IMG/VR virus record: IMGVR_UViG_3300031997_002780
Coordinates: 7,919-71,918 of that record
DNA: 64,000 bases
Reading direction: 5' to 3' (one strand)
DNA from: a virus
The notes under the pieces are model-generated. The model saw only the letters and a program-made list of their open reading frames with translations, was not told where the DNA came from and searched no databases. How positions within the stretch are numbered: the first letter of the stretch is position 1; each line of letters opens with the position of its first letter. Of this stretch, positions 9,190 through 19,500 are shown piece by piece. The position numbers were made by a program, and so were the translations under genes.

Positions 9190-12100
9190 TGTAGTTAATA
9201 GAGTAATTGACTACGTTATTCCAGAAGCAAGTGAGGAAAGAAAAGAAACTACAAGAGAAATGATGTTGAATGGGTATTTTATACCCAATAGTCCTTGTCT
9301 TGTAAACGCTGGAAAATCAAACGGAGGTTTGGCGGCGTGTTTTGTAGTGGATTTTCCAGATAATATAGAAGGTATTTATAAAACAAAGTTAGATTTTGCA
9401 CTTATTGCACGTAAGGGCGGGGGTTGTGGTACTTCCCTTACAAAAATTAGACCAGAAGGTGCGAAAGTAGCAGGTAGTACACATGGCTATGCGGGAGGAG
9501 GAGTCAAGTTTGCTGATACGATTTCTCATGATGCAGATGCTCTTACACAATCAGGATTAAGTTTATCGAGTCCCTATAGAAAGTAATTTCTATAGAAAAC
9601 CTGAATATCGGTGAAAACCTAGTGATAGACAACACCGAGGCACTAATTATTTAGAGCCGTAACGACTAAGAAATTCATTATAGTAGAATTAGCTTTTTAG
9701 CTAAATCGAAGGAGTTTTATGATTACATTTGATTCGTTTGTTATATCTTCTTTATTAGGAGATGGATATTTACCAAAAGAGAGTATCTATTATTACGGAT
9801 TGTTTTTTCAACATTCCTTAAAACAAGAAGAGTATGCTTTATATAAAAAAAATATAGCTGAAAGTCTTGGTATGGATACAAAGGTTTATTATATTAATAA
9901 AAATTTTCCAGCAATAAGAGTTAAATGCTCTTTGGATAAATCCTATTTTAAAAAAATGAAGCATAAAATTTATCCAAACGGAAATAAGACAATAACAAGA
10001 AGTTTATTAAATTTATTAGATGCGGATGGTTTATCTTTGTGGTGGCAAGACGATGGGTGTTTATCAATATATAGACACCCCATAAAACATAACACAAGCC
10101 GTTATGGAAAACTATGCACACACGGATTTTCAAAAGAAGAAAATATTATTATTTCCAATTATTTTTCTACAGTGTGGAAAATTGAAACACAGGTAACAAT
10201 GGAAAAAGGAAAGTATTATTTTCAACGTTTAAATGCAACTAATTTAAATAAATTCTTTGATATAATAAATGTACACGAATCAATGAAGTATAAAACAGAT
10301 ATGAAATATACGAATTTCGTTCCAAGGGTATCCTAACTGAAAAGAAGGATAATGGTATAGTCTGAACTGCAACTATAATCTAAAAACGAAATTGCAGAAA
10401 TAAGCAGAAATGCTTATTCGCCTACTTTGTAGGTCATAAAAGTAACAGAATGTCCGAGCAATGGCAATTATGTTTACTGAATCTGTTTATCATCCAGATA
10501 TCTTAAAATTTATTGTTGCAAAGCATGAAGAAGGGCGCATATCTAACGCAAATATTTCAGTAGTAGTCGATGATGCGTTTATGAATGCAGTAGTAAACGA
10601 TGAAAAATATTGGACAGAATTTAATGGTGTTAAATATCAAGAGTATAGGGCAAGAGATGTATTCGAACTTATCGTAGAAGGCATGTGGAAAAACGGAGAA
10701 CCCGGAGTACTTTTCAAAACAAGGATTGATGATTCTCCTTATAAATATTCAGGACAAGAAATATTTGGTACTAACCCGTGTTCTAGCTGATTGTTTGGAA
10801 CACGTTAAAATTCCGTAAATTGCTGGAAACCCCAAAAGGGCAATCAGCAGCCAAGGCTCGAAAGAGCAAGGTTCAGAGACTAAGTAATAAATCAGGAAAG
10901 GAAATCTCTTCAATGAAGAAATTGAATTCAAAACAAATAAAGAAAGCATTATTTGGAATAACTCTTACAGATGGCAGTTGTATTGGTCAAAGGTTTTCTA
11001 TATATCTAAAAAACGAAGATTTTGTAAACAATATAGGGTTTATTTTGAGCAATATATCAGGAATATCAAAAATTCACAAAAAGGAAATTATAGATACTAG
11101 ATTTAATCCTCCTGCTATTGGATATAAACTTTGGACAACTAATCATGTTTATTTTGGAAAATTAAATAAAATCTTTTATGAAAACGGAAGAAAAAGAATA
11201 AACAAATATATTGTAGATAGATTAGATGAAACAGCTTTTGCTTATGCTTGGATGTGTGATGGTTATTTAGAGCACAAAAAAAATAGAAAAGCAAATAAAA
11301 TTCAAAACGAAGGTTGGTTTTGTTTAGAGAGTTTTCCAAAAGAAGAGTTAAGCTTAATAATAAATAGACTTAAATATTATAATATAGAATCGAGAGTTTC
11401 CCCTGTAGAATGGGGATATGGATATAGAATTTTAATAAGTGGTTTAAATTTACAAAGATTTATAGATATGATATATCCATATATTCTGGATTCTTTTAAA
11501 TATAAAACAATTATGTATTATAAGTCTATAGCTTCTGAATATGTTTTAACTGATTTATCCAACACGGAACACATTATTAAGCAATATAATAATGTTGATG
11601 ATATAGTCCGACACTCTTAGTAATAAGAGATTACAGAAATGGAACAACCGCTCCCTCCCAACGGGGTTTGCAATTTAGGTTCTATTGACTTATCAAAATT
11701 TTATTGTAAAGATGGAAACAAAAAAATAGATTGGCTAAAATTACAATATGTGACACGTTGGGGTATACGTTTTTTAGATGCTGTAATTAATAAAACATCA
11801 TTTCCCACAAAAGATATTGAGGAATGGGCTTTAAATAACCGTCCGGTAGGTTTTGGTGTAATGGGATATGCCGACCTTTGTTTAATGCAAGAAATTGCTT
11901 ATGGCTCACCTGAAGCATTAGAACTCCTGAGTGATATATTACGCTTTATCTCTATAGTTGCAGAAAACGAATCGATAAAAATGGGAAAAGAATATGGTGT
12001 ACCAAAGGCTTGTGAGAATTTACCTATTCCACGTAGAAATGTGACACTCACCACAATTGCACCTACAGGCACAATTAGTCTTTTAGCTAGTTGCTCTAGT

Positions 12101-12550
12101 GGTATAGAACCAATTTTTTCTGAGATTACTATACGAAATGACAAAACTGGAAGTTACACTTTTGAAAATAATTTAGCCGATAAAGAATATTTTCGCTGTG
12201 CTGTTTCTTCGAATGGTGCTAGAGAAGTAACTTGGGAAGAGCATATTATGACTTTAGCCACGGCACAAAAATATATTGATAGCGGGGTTTCAAAAACCAT
12301 TAATTTTCCCACTCATACCCATAGGGAAACAATTGGAAAAGCTGTTGTTATGGCATGGAAAGAAGGCTGTAAAGGTTTGGCTGTCTACCGTAATGGTTCA
12401 CGCCAAGTAGAAGTTTTAACTCCAAAGAATATAAAAAAGGACAAATGCCCGATTTGCGGAGGAGATATGGTACACGTAGATGGGAAGCACAAATGTTTGA
12501 TTTGCACAAAAGACAATGTTTTAGAAAAAACCGTAACTTACTATGATTAA
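9092..12550 (+). CDS. nrdJ: Class II (adenosylcobalamin) ribonucleotide reductase; exons 9092-9557, 10453-10784, 11642-12550 (568 aa spliced)
   Basis: PNSPCL.NAG, LAACFV, GGGCG; spliced TQSG-F-RAMA and TNPC-S-EQPL; CNLGS, RPVGFGVMG, TIAPTGT, SSGIEP, SKTIN, KG..VYR; C-terminal zinc ribbon; no nrdB in the window. Confidence 0.9.
9558..10452 (+). mobile_element. Group I intron 1 in nrdJ (895 nt)
   Basis: Exon GGAU pairs with GUCC (U-G at the splice site); P4-type AATATCGGTGAA / CACCGAG; P7 GACTA/TAGTC; terminal G. Splicing restores GGA-TTC-CGA-GCA-ATG in frame. Confidence 0.88.
9719..10336 (+). CDS. Intron-encoded LAGLIDADG homing endonuclease
   Basis: SSLLGDGYL and LSLWWQDDG motifs; SD GAAGGAG; lies inside intron 1. 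Confidence 0.88.
   Translation: MITFDSFVISSLLGDGYLPKESIYYYGLFFQHSLKQEEYALYKKNIAESLGMDTKVYYINKNFPAIRVKCSLDKSYFKKMKHKIYPNGNKTITRSLLNLLDADGLSLWWQDDGCLSIYRHPIKHNTSRYGKLCTHGFSKEENIIISNYFSTVWKIETQVTMEKGKYYFQRLNATNLNKFFDIINVHESMKYKTDMKYTNFVPRVS
10785..11641 (+). mobile_element. Group I intron 2 in nrdJ (857 nt)
   Basis: P1 CGTGTTCT/GGAACACG with terminal U-G; P10 TTGTTT/GAACAA; AAATTGCTGGAAA, AATCAGCAG, TTCAGAGACTA and GATATAGTCC core; terminal G. Splicing restores NPCSEQPL. Confidence 0.92.
10913..11620 (+). CDS. Intron-encoded LAGLIDADG homing endonuclease (probable start MKKLNS at 10913)
   Basis: GITLTDGS and AYAWMCDG motifs; the ORF runs through the 3' P7 strand of intron 2. Confidence 0.85.
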   Translation: MKKLNSKQIKKALFGITLTDGSCIGQRFSIYLKNEDFVNNIGFILSNISGISKIHKKEIIDTRFNPPAIGYKLWTTNHVYFGKLNKIFYENGRKRINKYIVDRLDETAFAYAWMCDGYLEHKKNRKANKIQNEGWFCLESFPKEELSLIINRLKYYNIESRVSPVEWGYGYRILISGLNLQRFIDMIYPYILDSFKYKTIMYYKSIASEYVLTDLSNTEHIIKQYNNVDDIVRHS

Positions 12551-12559
12551 GAGGATAAT

Positions 12560-12913
12560 ATGAAACTAAATGATTATGTAGATTGGACAAAAAATACATC
12601 TGCAAGATTAGAATCACCGGGAGACGATATTACCCATATGCTCTTTGGAATGGTCACGGAAATTGGTGAATTGATTGATATTTTTAAAAAAGATATGGCA
12701 TATAAGAAGGAAGTTGATTGGATTAATGTAAATGAAGAAATTGGAGATTTAATGTTTTATATCGCCGGATTCTGTCGAATTAACTATCTTGATTTGGAAA
12801 AGATTATTGAAACCAATGTAGCTAAATTGGAAGCACGTTATCCAGAAAAGTTTACAGAACATCATGCAAAGAATAGAGATTTATTACACGAAAGAGAAAT
12901 CCTAGAGAAGTAG
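12560..12913 (+). CDS. MazG-like nucleotide pyrophosphohydrolase
   Basis: G..TEIGELID..KK, EEIGDLMFY, N..KL..RYP. Confidence 0.85.
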   Translation: MKLNDYVDWTKNTSARLESPGDDITHMLFGMVTEIGELIDIFKKDMAYKKEVDWINVNEEIGDLMFYIAGFCRINYLDLEKIIETNVAKLEARYPEKFTEHHAKNRDLLHEREILEK

Positions 12914-12921
12914 AAAACAGT

Positions 12922-12958
12922 AAAAAAATGGGTACGCAAAATTTGCGTACCCATTTTT
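12922..12958. terminator. Bidirectional intrinsic terminator between the convergent arms
   Basis: A-tract, ATGGGTACGCAAA / TTTGCGTACCCAT inverted repeat, T-tract. Confidence 0.9.
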
Positions 12959-12963
12959 ATTTA

Positions 12964-13161
12964 TTAAGCTTTTAAAGCTTTTACTTTCTTATCGACAAAT
13001 TTCTTTGTCTTTCTAGCTGATTTTTGAAATTTTACTTGATATTCTTTTGCAAGCATTTTTACTTGCTTTCTATTATCTTCATCTTTCAAATATGCAACTA
13101 GTGCTGTGGATATAATACCGACCACCGCTATAGCCAATCCTCTAACAATTTTTTCCTTCAT
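12964..13161 (-). CDS. Small membrane-anchored basic protein
   Basis: One N-terminal TM helix and a Lys-rich tail; strong SD AGGAGG; upstream TATAAT. Confidence 0.6.
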   Translation of the reverse strand: MKEKIVRGLAIAVVGIISTALVAYLKDEDNRKQVKMLAKEYQVKFQKSARKTKKFVDKKVKALKA

Positions 13162-13245
13162 TTAATCCTCCTATTTTTAAACATATATAATATTATAACC
13201 AATGAACCTACCATAAAGCAGATTATTGGAATCCAAATAGTCACT

Positions 13246-13998
13246 TTACATCCATTCTGATACTGATACTAAGTCTTTTTTAAGTGCAGCAAAATCAAAA
13301 CCGGGTGCAAATTCAGGATTTTCTGCTTCAGGAGGAAGAACGACATAAGCTTCATCCACACACCAATCCCACCAACCCCATGTTGCACGTTGGGTATTTC
13401 CCCAAGTAAGAATATTTAAACCGTCTTTATCATAACCTGTTATAAAAACAGCATGACCTGAATTTAAAAGTTTTCCCGGTTTCCAAGGTGTTCTATTTTT
13501 AAATTCTTCTAAGCATTTTTCTTGTACTTGAAATCCTATAAAGAGTCCTCCAAATAAATTAATTGCTTGCTTAACATGTGTGTGATTATGAGAATTAAGA
13601 CTCATATATGCATATATTGTTTCTCCGAGTATTTTGTTTTTTCTAAAATAATCTAATACTGTAAGCATAGCTAATCCCGTATCGTCCCCACCAGTTAAAT
13701 GAAAATATATTTTCCTAACTAATTCGGTTGAATAAATACTTTTGTTTCCTACTAAACCACTCCATACTGTATCCCCATGTGCCATTCCTACAATTGTGCA
13801 ATCCCCAATTTGGTCATTGTCCATCATTGGAAAAAGAATAGTTGGGTCATCAGGGTCAATATTTTCATATACCCTTTTTAAAGATTCAAAACTATCGGGT
13901 GGTGTTGGGACATCATCTCGCAAGTAATTTTGAAGTAAAAATGTGCGATAATCTCTAATGGGAGGACGCTTTCCAAAACGCAAATTAAAATTTTCCAT
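13246..13998 (-). CDS. Papain-like (C1-type) cysteine peptidase
   Basis: NDQIGDCT (catalytic Cys), GHAVFITGYD (catalytic His), TWG. Confidence 0.7.
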   Translation of the reverse strand: MENFNLRFGKRPPIRDYRTFLLQNYLRDDVPTPPDSFESLKRVYENIDPDDPTILFPMMDNDQIGDCTIVGMAHGDTVWSGLVGNKSIYSTELVRKIYFHLTGGDDTGLAMLTVLDYFRKNKILGETIYAYMSLNSHNHTHVKQAINLFGGLFIGFQVQEKCLEEFKNRTPWKPGKLLNSGHAVFITGYDKDGLNILTWGNTQRATWGWWDWCVDEAYVVLPPEAENPEFAPGFDFAALKKDLVSVSEWM

Positions 13999-14010
13999 AT
14001 TTTTCTCCTA

Positions 14011-15027
14011 TCAAGGCAATCTTGTAAGTTCTTTTTTGATATATATCTTTTTACCTAATTTGTACCATTCTTTTCCGTAGGCATCCTTCTCAATTGCCTC
14101 GGGATATAATTTTTGACCCATTTTAGAACTCCCGCATATAACGCTCGGGTCAGTTGGATTAGGTGCGTGACGTAGGTTTGCTTCTCCTGTATTTACAATT
14201 ACTACTTCCGGTACAGTGCCGGGAGGTGGCTGAGGAGGAGGAACTTCCCCTCCAATCGGTACAATATGAGTACCATATTTTGCGTTGAATTGAACGCATG
14301 TACCGTTGAACCTATCCAAGTCCATATCGGGGTCTCCGTTTGTCGAACCATACTCGGCTGCTTTTTGATTCCCATCTGCGCTCCATTGCCAATGTGACCA
14401 ACCAACCCAATCATAAGGTATTGTCGGGGTATCTCTGGTAGTCCAATTAGCATCCCACAAGTTTCTCCCTGTCCAGTAACTGCTTCTAGCAACTTTTGAG
14501 TTCCAAAAACCAGCGCTTGTATAAATCATAGCTTTTTTACCAGTTAAAGCTGTTAATTTTGCATCACATGCCTTTAGCCAGTTTAATGTACCAGCGGGGT
14601 CTAAAACAGTAGATTCGGCATCTAAAACAACATCTAGTTGCGGAGAGTGAGTAGCTATTTCTTCCGCAAAACTTGTTGCTGTCAAATTAGCATCCTGTCC
14701 TATGTTACAGAACCAATAAACACCAACAGGTATATCTTGTGCTCTTGCATCTCGATAGAATGTATCACAACTAGCGTCTTTCCATTGTGTGCCATAACCT
14801 AATCTCATAATTACATATTGGCACTTTGTCTTAGTGACTGAAAAACTCATGTTTCCATTCCATTTAGAGATATCTATTCCCTGTACTTCCCAACTCACTG
14901 CACCATATAAAGCACTATATACTCTATCATATATACTTAATTTAGGCAGTACTCTTTTTGGGGGATATCCGCATGTAGGGCAGTTTACCTGTGTGCCACC
15001 ACATACGGGACATATTTTAGCGCCCAT
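14011..15027 (-). CDS. Endolysin: GH25 muramidase with an N-terminal Cys4 motif and an SH3-like C-terminus
   Basis: GIDISKWNG, GVYWF, VLDAE, MIYT, WQWS, DMDLDRFNG; Pro linker; ANLRHAP...WYKL. Confidence 0.88.
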   Translation of the reverse strand: MGAKICPVCGGTQVNCPTCGYPPKRVLPKLSIYDRVYSALYGAVSWEVQGIDISKWNGNMSFSVTKTKCQYVIMRLGYGTQWKDASCDTFYRDARAQDIPVGVYWFCNIGQDANLTATSFAEEIATHSPQLDVVLDAESTVLDPAGTLNWLKACDAKLTALTGKKAMIYTSAGFWNSKVARSSYWTGRNLWDANWTTRDTPTIPYDWVGWSHWQWSADGNQKAAEYGSTNGDPDMDLDRFNGTCVQFNAKYGTHIVPIGGEVPPPQPPPGTVPEVVIVNTGEANLRHAPNPTDPSVICGSSKMGQKLYPEAIEKDAYGKEWYKLGKKIYIKKELTRLP

Positions 15028-15603
15028 TTATTCCTCCGTTTCTATTTTGTTTTTGAATTTATTTTGATTAATATTTATTATTTCATCAATGCTTTGTTCA
15101 GTATAAAACTTGATTCGCTCTTTATCATCAGTGTGACCATTCGCTATTTTCTCAATGGTTTGATTAGTATAAAGCTTGATTTTTTCTTTCTTTTCTTCCG
15201 CTGTTTTTAAAACATCTTCTATCTTTTTGTCTATTTCTGTACTGCTTCCACTTGATTTGCTTTTTCTTTTAATTTCAAAAGCGTCTAAACGTAACTGCAA
15301 ACCCTCTAAATTATATTCTAATTTACGAATTTCAGAATCTTTATCGACACTTGTTTCCATTAACCTGCCTATTTCAGTAGTTTTTTCTATCAGTATTTTT
15401 TCAAGGTCTAGGACTCTAGTTTGTAATCTCGTTACTTCGCTTTGTAATGGAGCAATGATAGTTACCGCTGCATCTTGAGTAGCTTTTCCTAAATCTATTT
15501 TTGATTGTATACTATCCTTTTTTCCTTGATTAATGAGCGCCCATGCGCCCGGAATTATTGCAACTACAGCAATAACGATTGATGCGATAAGAGTAGAATC
15601 CAT
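15028..15603 (-). CDS. N-terminal TM plus coiled-coil protein of the lysis cassette
   Basis: Hydrophobic first ~25 aa followed by heptad-rich sequence; abuts the endolysin. Confidence 0.55.
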   Translation of the reverse strand: MDSTLIASIVIAVVAIIPGAWALINQGKKDSIQSKIDLGKATQDAAVTIIAPLQSEVTRLQTRVLDLEKILIEKTTEIGRLMETSVDKDSEIRKLEYNLEGLQLRLDAFEIKRKSKSSGSSTEIDKKIEDVLKTAEEKKEKIKLYTNQTIEKIANGHTDDKERIKFYTEQSIDEIININQNKFKNKIETEE

Positions 15604-15893
15604 TATTTTTTACCTCCTAAATATTGTATAAATATTACACCAATAATAATCAAAATAGTTGTCCCATGTATGGATACTATATCTCCCCAAATTACGAAAA
15701 TACTTTTTGAAAGCAAGTTAAACTCTGCTGAAATACCAAATAACAAGGCATTAATTGAAAATAATATAGGTGCTATAGCATAATTTCTTTGACATTTATT
15801 TTTAAAACTCCAGTAAGACCATACCCCTAAGCTAATAAAAAGTCCAAGAATCATAAAATAATGTAGAAATGAGTCTAGAATTATATAATCCAT
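15603..15893 (-). CDS. Small 3-TM membrane protein (paralog 3)
   Basis: YAIAP....N and W...V..H motifs shared with the two upstream ORFs; coupled start/stop. Confidence 0.65.
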   Translation of the reverse strand: MDYIILDSFLHYFMILGLFISLGVWSYWSFKNKCQRNYAIAPILFSINALLFGISAEFNLLSKSIFVIWGDIVSIHGTTILIIIGVIFIQYLGGKK

Positions 15894-16192
15894 TATTTAC
15901 CCCCTCTTCCAATTGGAAGTCTTAATGGCATCGTAAAGAGCATCAATACAAATAAGAATAATGCATGTAAAATAATTATACCTTCCCACAATTCGTTTCC
16001 TTCATGAGTAAGCATATTCAATCGTAATGCAGTGGTATATAAGAATGTATTTAAAAAAAAGAAAAGCGGGGTAAGTATATATTGCCAACCTTTCTTATTA
16101 CGAGACATCCATATAAAAGACATAATTATTCCAAAAACAGATATTCCAAGCATTACCCCATATACCGAACTAAATTCCTGTATTGTTGTCAT
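15893..16192 (-). CDS. Small 3-TM membrane protein (paralog 2)
   Basis: YILTP....N and W.GI...H motifs. Confidence 0.65.
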   Translation of the reverse strand: MTTIQEFSSVYGVMLGISVFGIIMSFIWMSRNKKGWQYILTPLFFFLNTFLYTTALRLNMLTHEGNELWEGIIILHALFLFVLMLFTMPLRLPIGRGGK

Positions 16193-16195
16193 AAT

Positions 16196-16513
16196 TTATT
16201 CTTTCGCCTCCTGTTTCTTGTTATATCTTACTGGTGTAAAAACAATGAAACCTATAAGTAAAAGTAAAGAGTGTAAGCGTACTACTCCTGACCATATTTC
16301 TAACTGATTAAAAGTTAAAATATTCATTCCCCATATATAAGTTGCATGTAAAACTAAATTATAAAAGAATACATTTAAAAAATAAGTAAGGGGACCAATA
16401 ATATATCCCCTCTTATCATTATATTTCCATATAAAAAATAAAGAAATAAGTATTCCCAAAAAAGATACTGCCCATATTAGTGTATGTATCGGGCTTATTA
16501 CTATATCAACCAT
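16196..16513 (-). CDS. Small 3-TM membrane protein (paralog 1)
   Basis: YIIGP....N and W.GV...H motifs; SD AAGGAGG. Confidence 0.65.
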   Translation of the reverse strand: MVDIVISPIHTLIWAVSFLGILISLFFIWKYNDKRGYIIGPLTYFLNVFFYNLVLHATYIWGMNILTFNQLEIWSGVVRLHSLLLLIGFIVFTPVRYNKKQEAKE

Positions 16514-16580
16514 ATCAAACCTCCTTTAAATTTGTGTGAGTTACTTATTATAATGAAGAACGTTTCCTCTGAGTATGCAA

Positions 16581-16598
16581 CATAAAATGTGCCTTTTA
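16581..16598. promoter_or_regulatory. CATAAAA-N6-TTTTA motif, copy 1 (other copies at 31862, 41954, 45854)
   Basis: CATAAAATGTGCCTTTTA at the gene junction upstream of the lysis cassette. Confidence 0.5.
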
Positions 16599-19500
16599 TA
16601 TTCCAACGCCTTTTTTACCAATTCCAAATGATATCTTTCTATGGGCATATATATATTTTTTAGTACCACTTCCAAGAAGTATATTTTCTGATGTTATAAT
16701 TTGAGTAGAATCGATAATCATTCCTAACATATATATACTTGTTTCTATTCTGATATTATCAGAAAATTGTATTTGAACAGAAGCTTGGGCTATTATTATA
16801 TGTATATTTGTTTCTATTCTAAGATTATCCCCTGTTTGAACTTGCGAACAATTATTCATCACTAGGGTCAGAGGGTTATATACTATTGTAATATTAGTAG
16901 CAGTTTGGATTTGTATTGCATTTTTAATAACTGATTCCCCTATTGCTAAATACATAACCCAACAACCGGACGGGTCAGGGGTATCCATAACTGTTGTGAA
17001 ACCAGTAGAATCAAGAGATTTTAAATCCATCTTTCCTATAACACCATCGTCTTTTATGTTAACATAAACAGCATCATCATAAACAGAAAAAGCTGTTTCT
17101 GTATCTGGAAGACCATTCTCACTCCAAAAAGAAGATGCTATACGATTACTAGTAGAAGTTGCAGCCCCTATGCTCATAGAACCTTGTACTGAGTTTACAT
17201 CTCTAGTATTATGGGCACGATTAGCACTCATAAATAATAATGTTTTAGGTTTAAAACCAACAGTTTCAACAATATCACTTCCATCTGTAACAGTTGTTAA
17301 ATCTCCAACACTATACCTACCACCTTTAATACACACATAAAAGAAATAAAGCGCTGCTGCACCATCCATATTATTTAAAGTAAAACCATCGTTATCAAAT
17401 GATACAAACGAATTACGTCTAGAGCATGTGGTAGAACTAAATGTTAAATTAGCAGTAACATCTTGATTATTTCCATAACCCCTTGCGTTAGATGTGGTTT
17501 GATTGTCTGCTGTGGTTGTTGAGATTACACCTTGATTAGAACTACTTGTTGCCATACCAATACTATGATAAACCTGAAGGCTCCCGAGAGGTAGAGAAGC
17601 TGTAAATCCTGTAAAGAATAATGCCGCATCCGGTTTAAATCCAACACCTGTGTAGCTCTTATTTCCAGTAGGAACGGGGAACGTATCATAACCTACACGG
17701 GCATTTGTTACATCAGAACCTCCGAGTGCTAAGTAATTTATGCGATATGTTTTCGTAAACTGGTCATTTACAATAACTGTAAAACCATTTGAATCTATCG
17801 AATAAAAATCAAGAATTCCATCTATGGTATCGGTGTCTGTATATATACGAACAATTTCTACAGCAGACGAATAACTATATGCATCTGTTGAAGCTTGGTT
17901 GTCTTCTGATATAGAAATATGCATGCCTCTATTAGTACCACTTGTAGCTGAACTAATACCAAAACTGATTGTACTTCCCGAAACTTCATTGATTATTGAT
18001 GTGCTCCCATGCCACCAGAATAAAATAACTTTTGGTTGAAATCCTAATTCTCTAATAGATTGAGTTTGCCCTACTGTTTTACTTGTATCAATATTAAAAC
18101 TACCAACCTTAGAAAAATATGGACCACTTTCGGGAGCAGTATAGAAAGTTAAAGAGATATTATTTGATGTTTGTATTTGTGCTGTATTGTTGATTATTAA
18201 ACTAAAAGATTCTCCGTGTCCTGTTATTATTACATTATTACATAACTGTAGTTGAGTAGAATCATGAACTCCTAAAATTCCAACTGTAAGTATTTGTACA
18301 TTATCCGAAAATTGCAAATGAGTAGCATTTAAGATAGATAAGATATTATGCTGTGTTAATACTACATTGTCAGATGCTTGTAATTGAGTTGAATAGCTGA
18401 TTGTTAGATTATAATGTTGTGTTAATAGTATATTGCCAGAAATTTGTAAATGTATAACATTATTAATAACTAAAACTTGATTTTGAATTAATAATATATT
18501 GCCTGATATTTGTAATTGTATGGCATTATTGCTAATTAGAATTTGATGTTGAATTAATATTACATTGTCTGAATTTTGTAATTGTGTTGTATTATTAATT
18601 AACAATATATAATTTTGGACAAGATTTATATTATTGGAAATTTGCAGTTGAATAGTGCTATTTATTGAAAGTGTGTGATGTTGAGTTAATATTATATTAT
18701 CACATGCTTGCAATTGAATAGAATTATTTATTGATAATATATAATATTGGGTTAAAATAATATTACTCGATATTTGCAACTGTGTTCCGTTTTGTATTTC
18801 TAGGACAAATGCTTCTTCTGCATGATAATTTAATATTATATTATCAACAACTTGTATTTGAGTAACATTATTAGTTATTAATATATTGTTCTGAGTTAAA
18901 CTTATATTATCGCTGGCTTGAAAATGTGTAGAATTATTAATTGCTAATACACTATGTTGAATTAAATCTATATTATCAGAAATTAAAATTTGAGAAGTAT
19001 TATTAATTATTAAAAGATAATGTTGAGTTAAATCTATATTATCACTGGTTTGTAAATGTGTAGAATTATTAATCGCTAGTAAATAATGTTGAGTTAAACT
19101 TATATTATCACTAGCTTGTAAATGTGTAGAATTATTAATTGTTAATACATAATGTTGAGTTAAACTTATATTATCGCTATTTTGTAATTGAGTAATATTG
19201 TTAATTGTTAAAAGATAATGTTGAATTAAGTTTATATTATCGCTATTTTGCAATTGAGTAATATTGTTAATTGTTAAAAGATAATGTTGAATTAGATTTA
19301 CATTATCGGAACTTTGTAATTGTGCCGAATCTTGAATAGTAAATACAATAGCCATAATAAAAGTTATATTATCGCTTGTTTGTAATTGAGTAATGTCTTG
19401 AACTATTAAGCTAAAACGAAGGTTATATTCAACCATTATTGCAGCACTAGTTAAAGTTGCGCTAGGTAAATTTGTATATTCAACTATTATAGCTGCACTA

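Noticed and set aside
9092-12550. Fragmented nrdJ and terL as pseudogenes, inteins or stop-codon recoding
   Set aside because: The breaks are fully explained by group I introns with P1/P7 elements. The endonuclease ORFs are not in-frame fusions with the exons, and other genes terminate normally in code 11.
6138-12913. 2-aminoadenine (Z) or 7-deazaguanine DNA pathway
   Set aside because: No PurZ, DatZ, DpdA or Que/FolE homologue is visible in this window.
18150-19400. Regular 66-nt repeats as a CRISPR array
   Set aside because: The units are in-frame coding repeats with synonymous variation and no unique spacers. The Cas4-like nuclease sits in a replication context.
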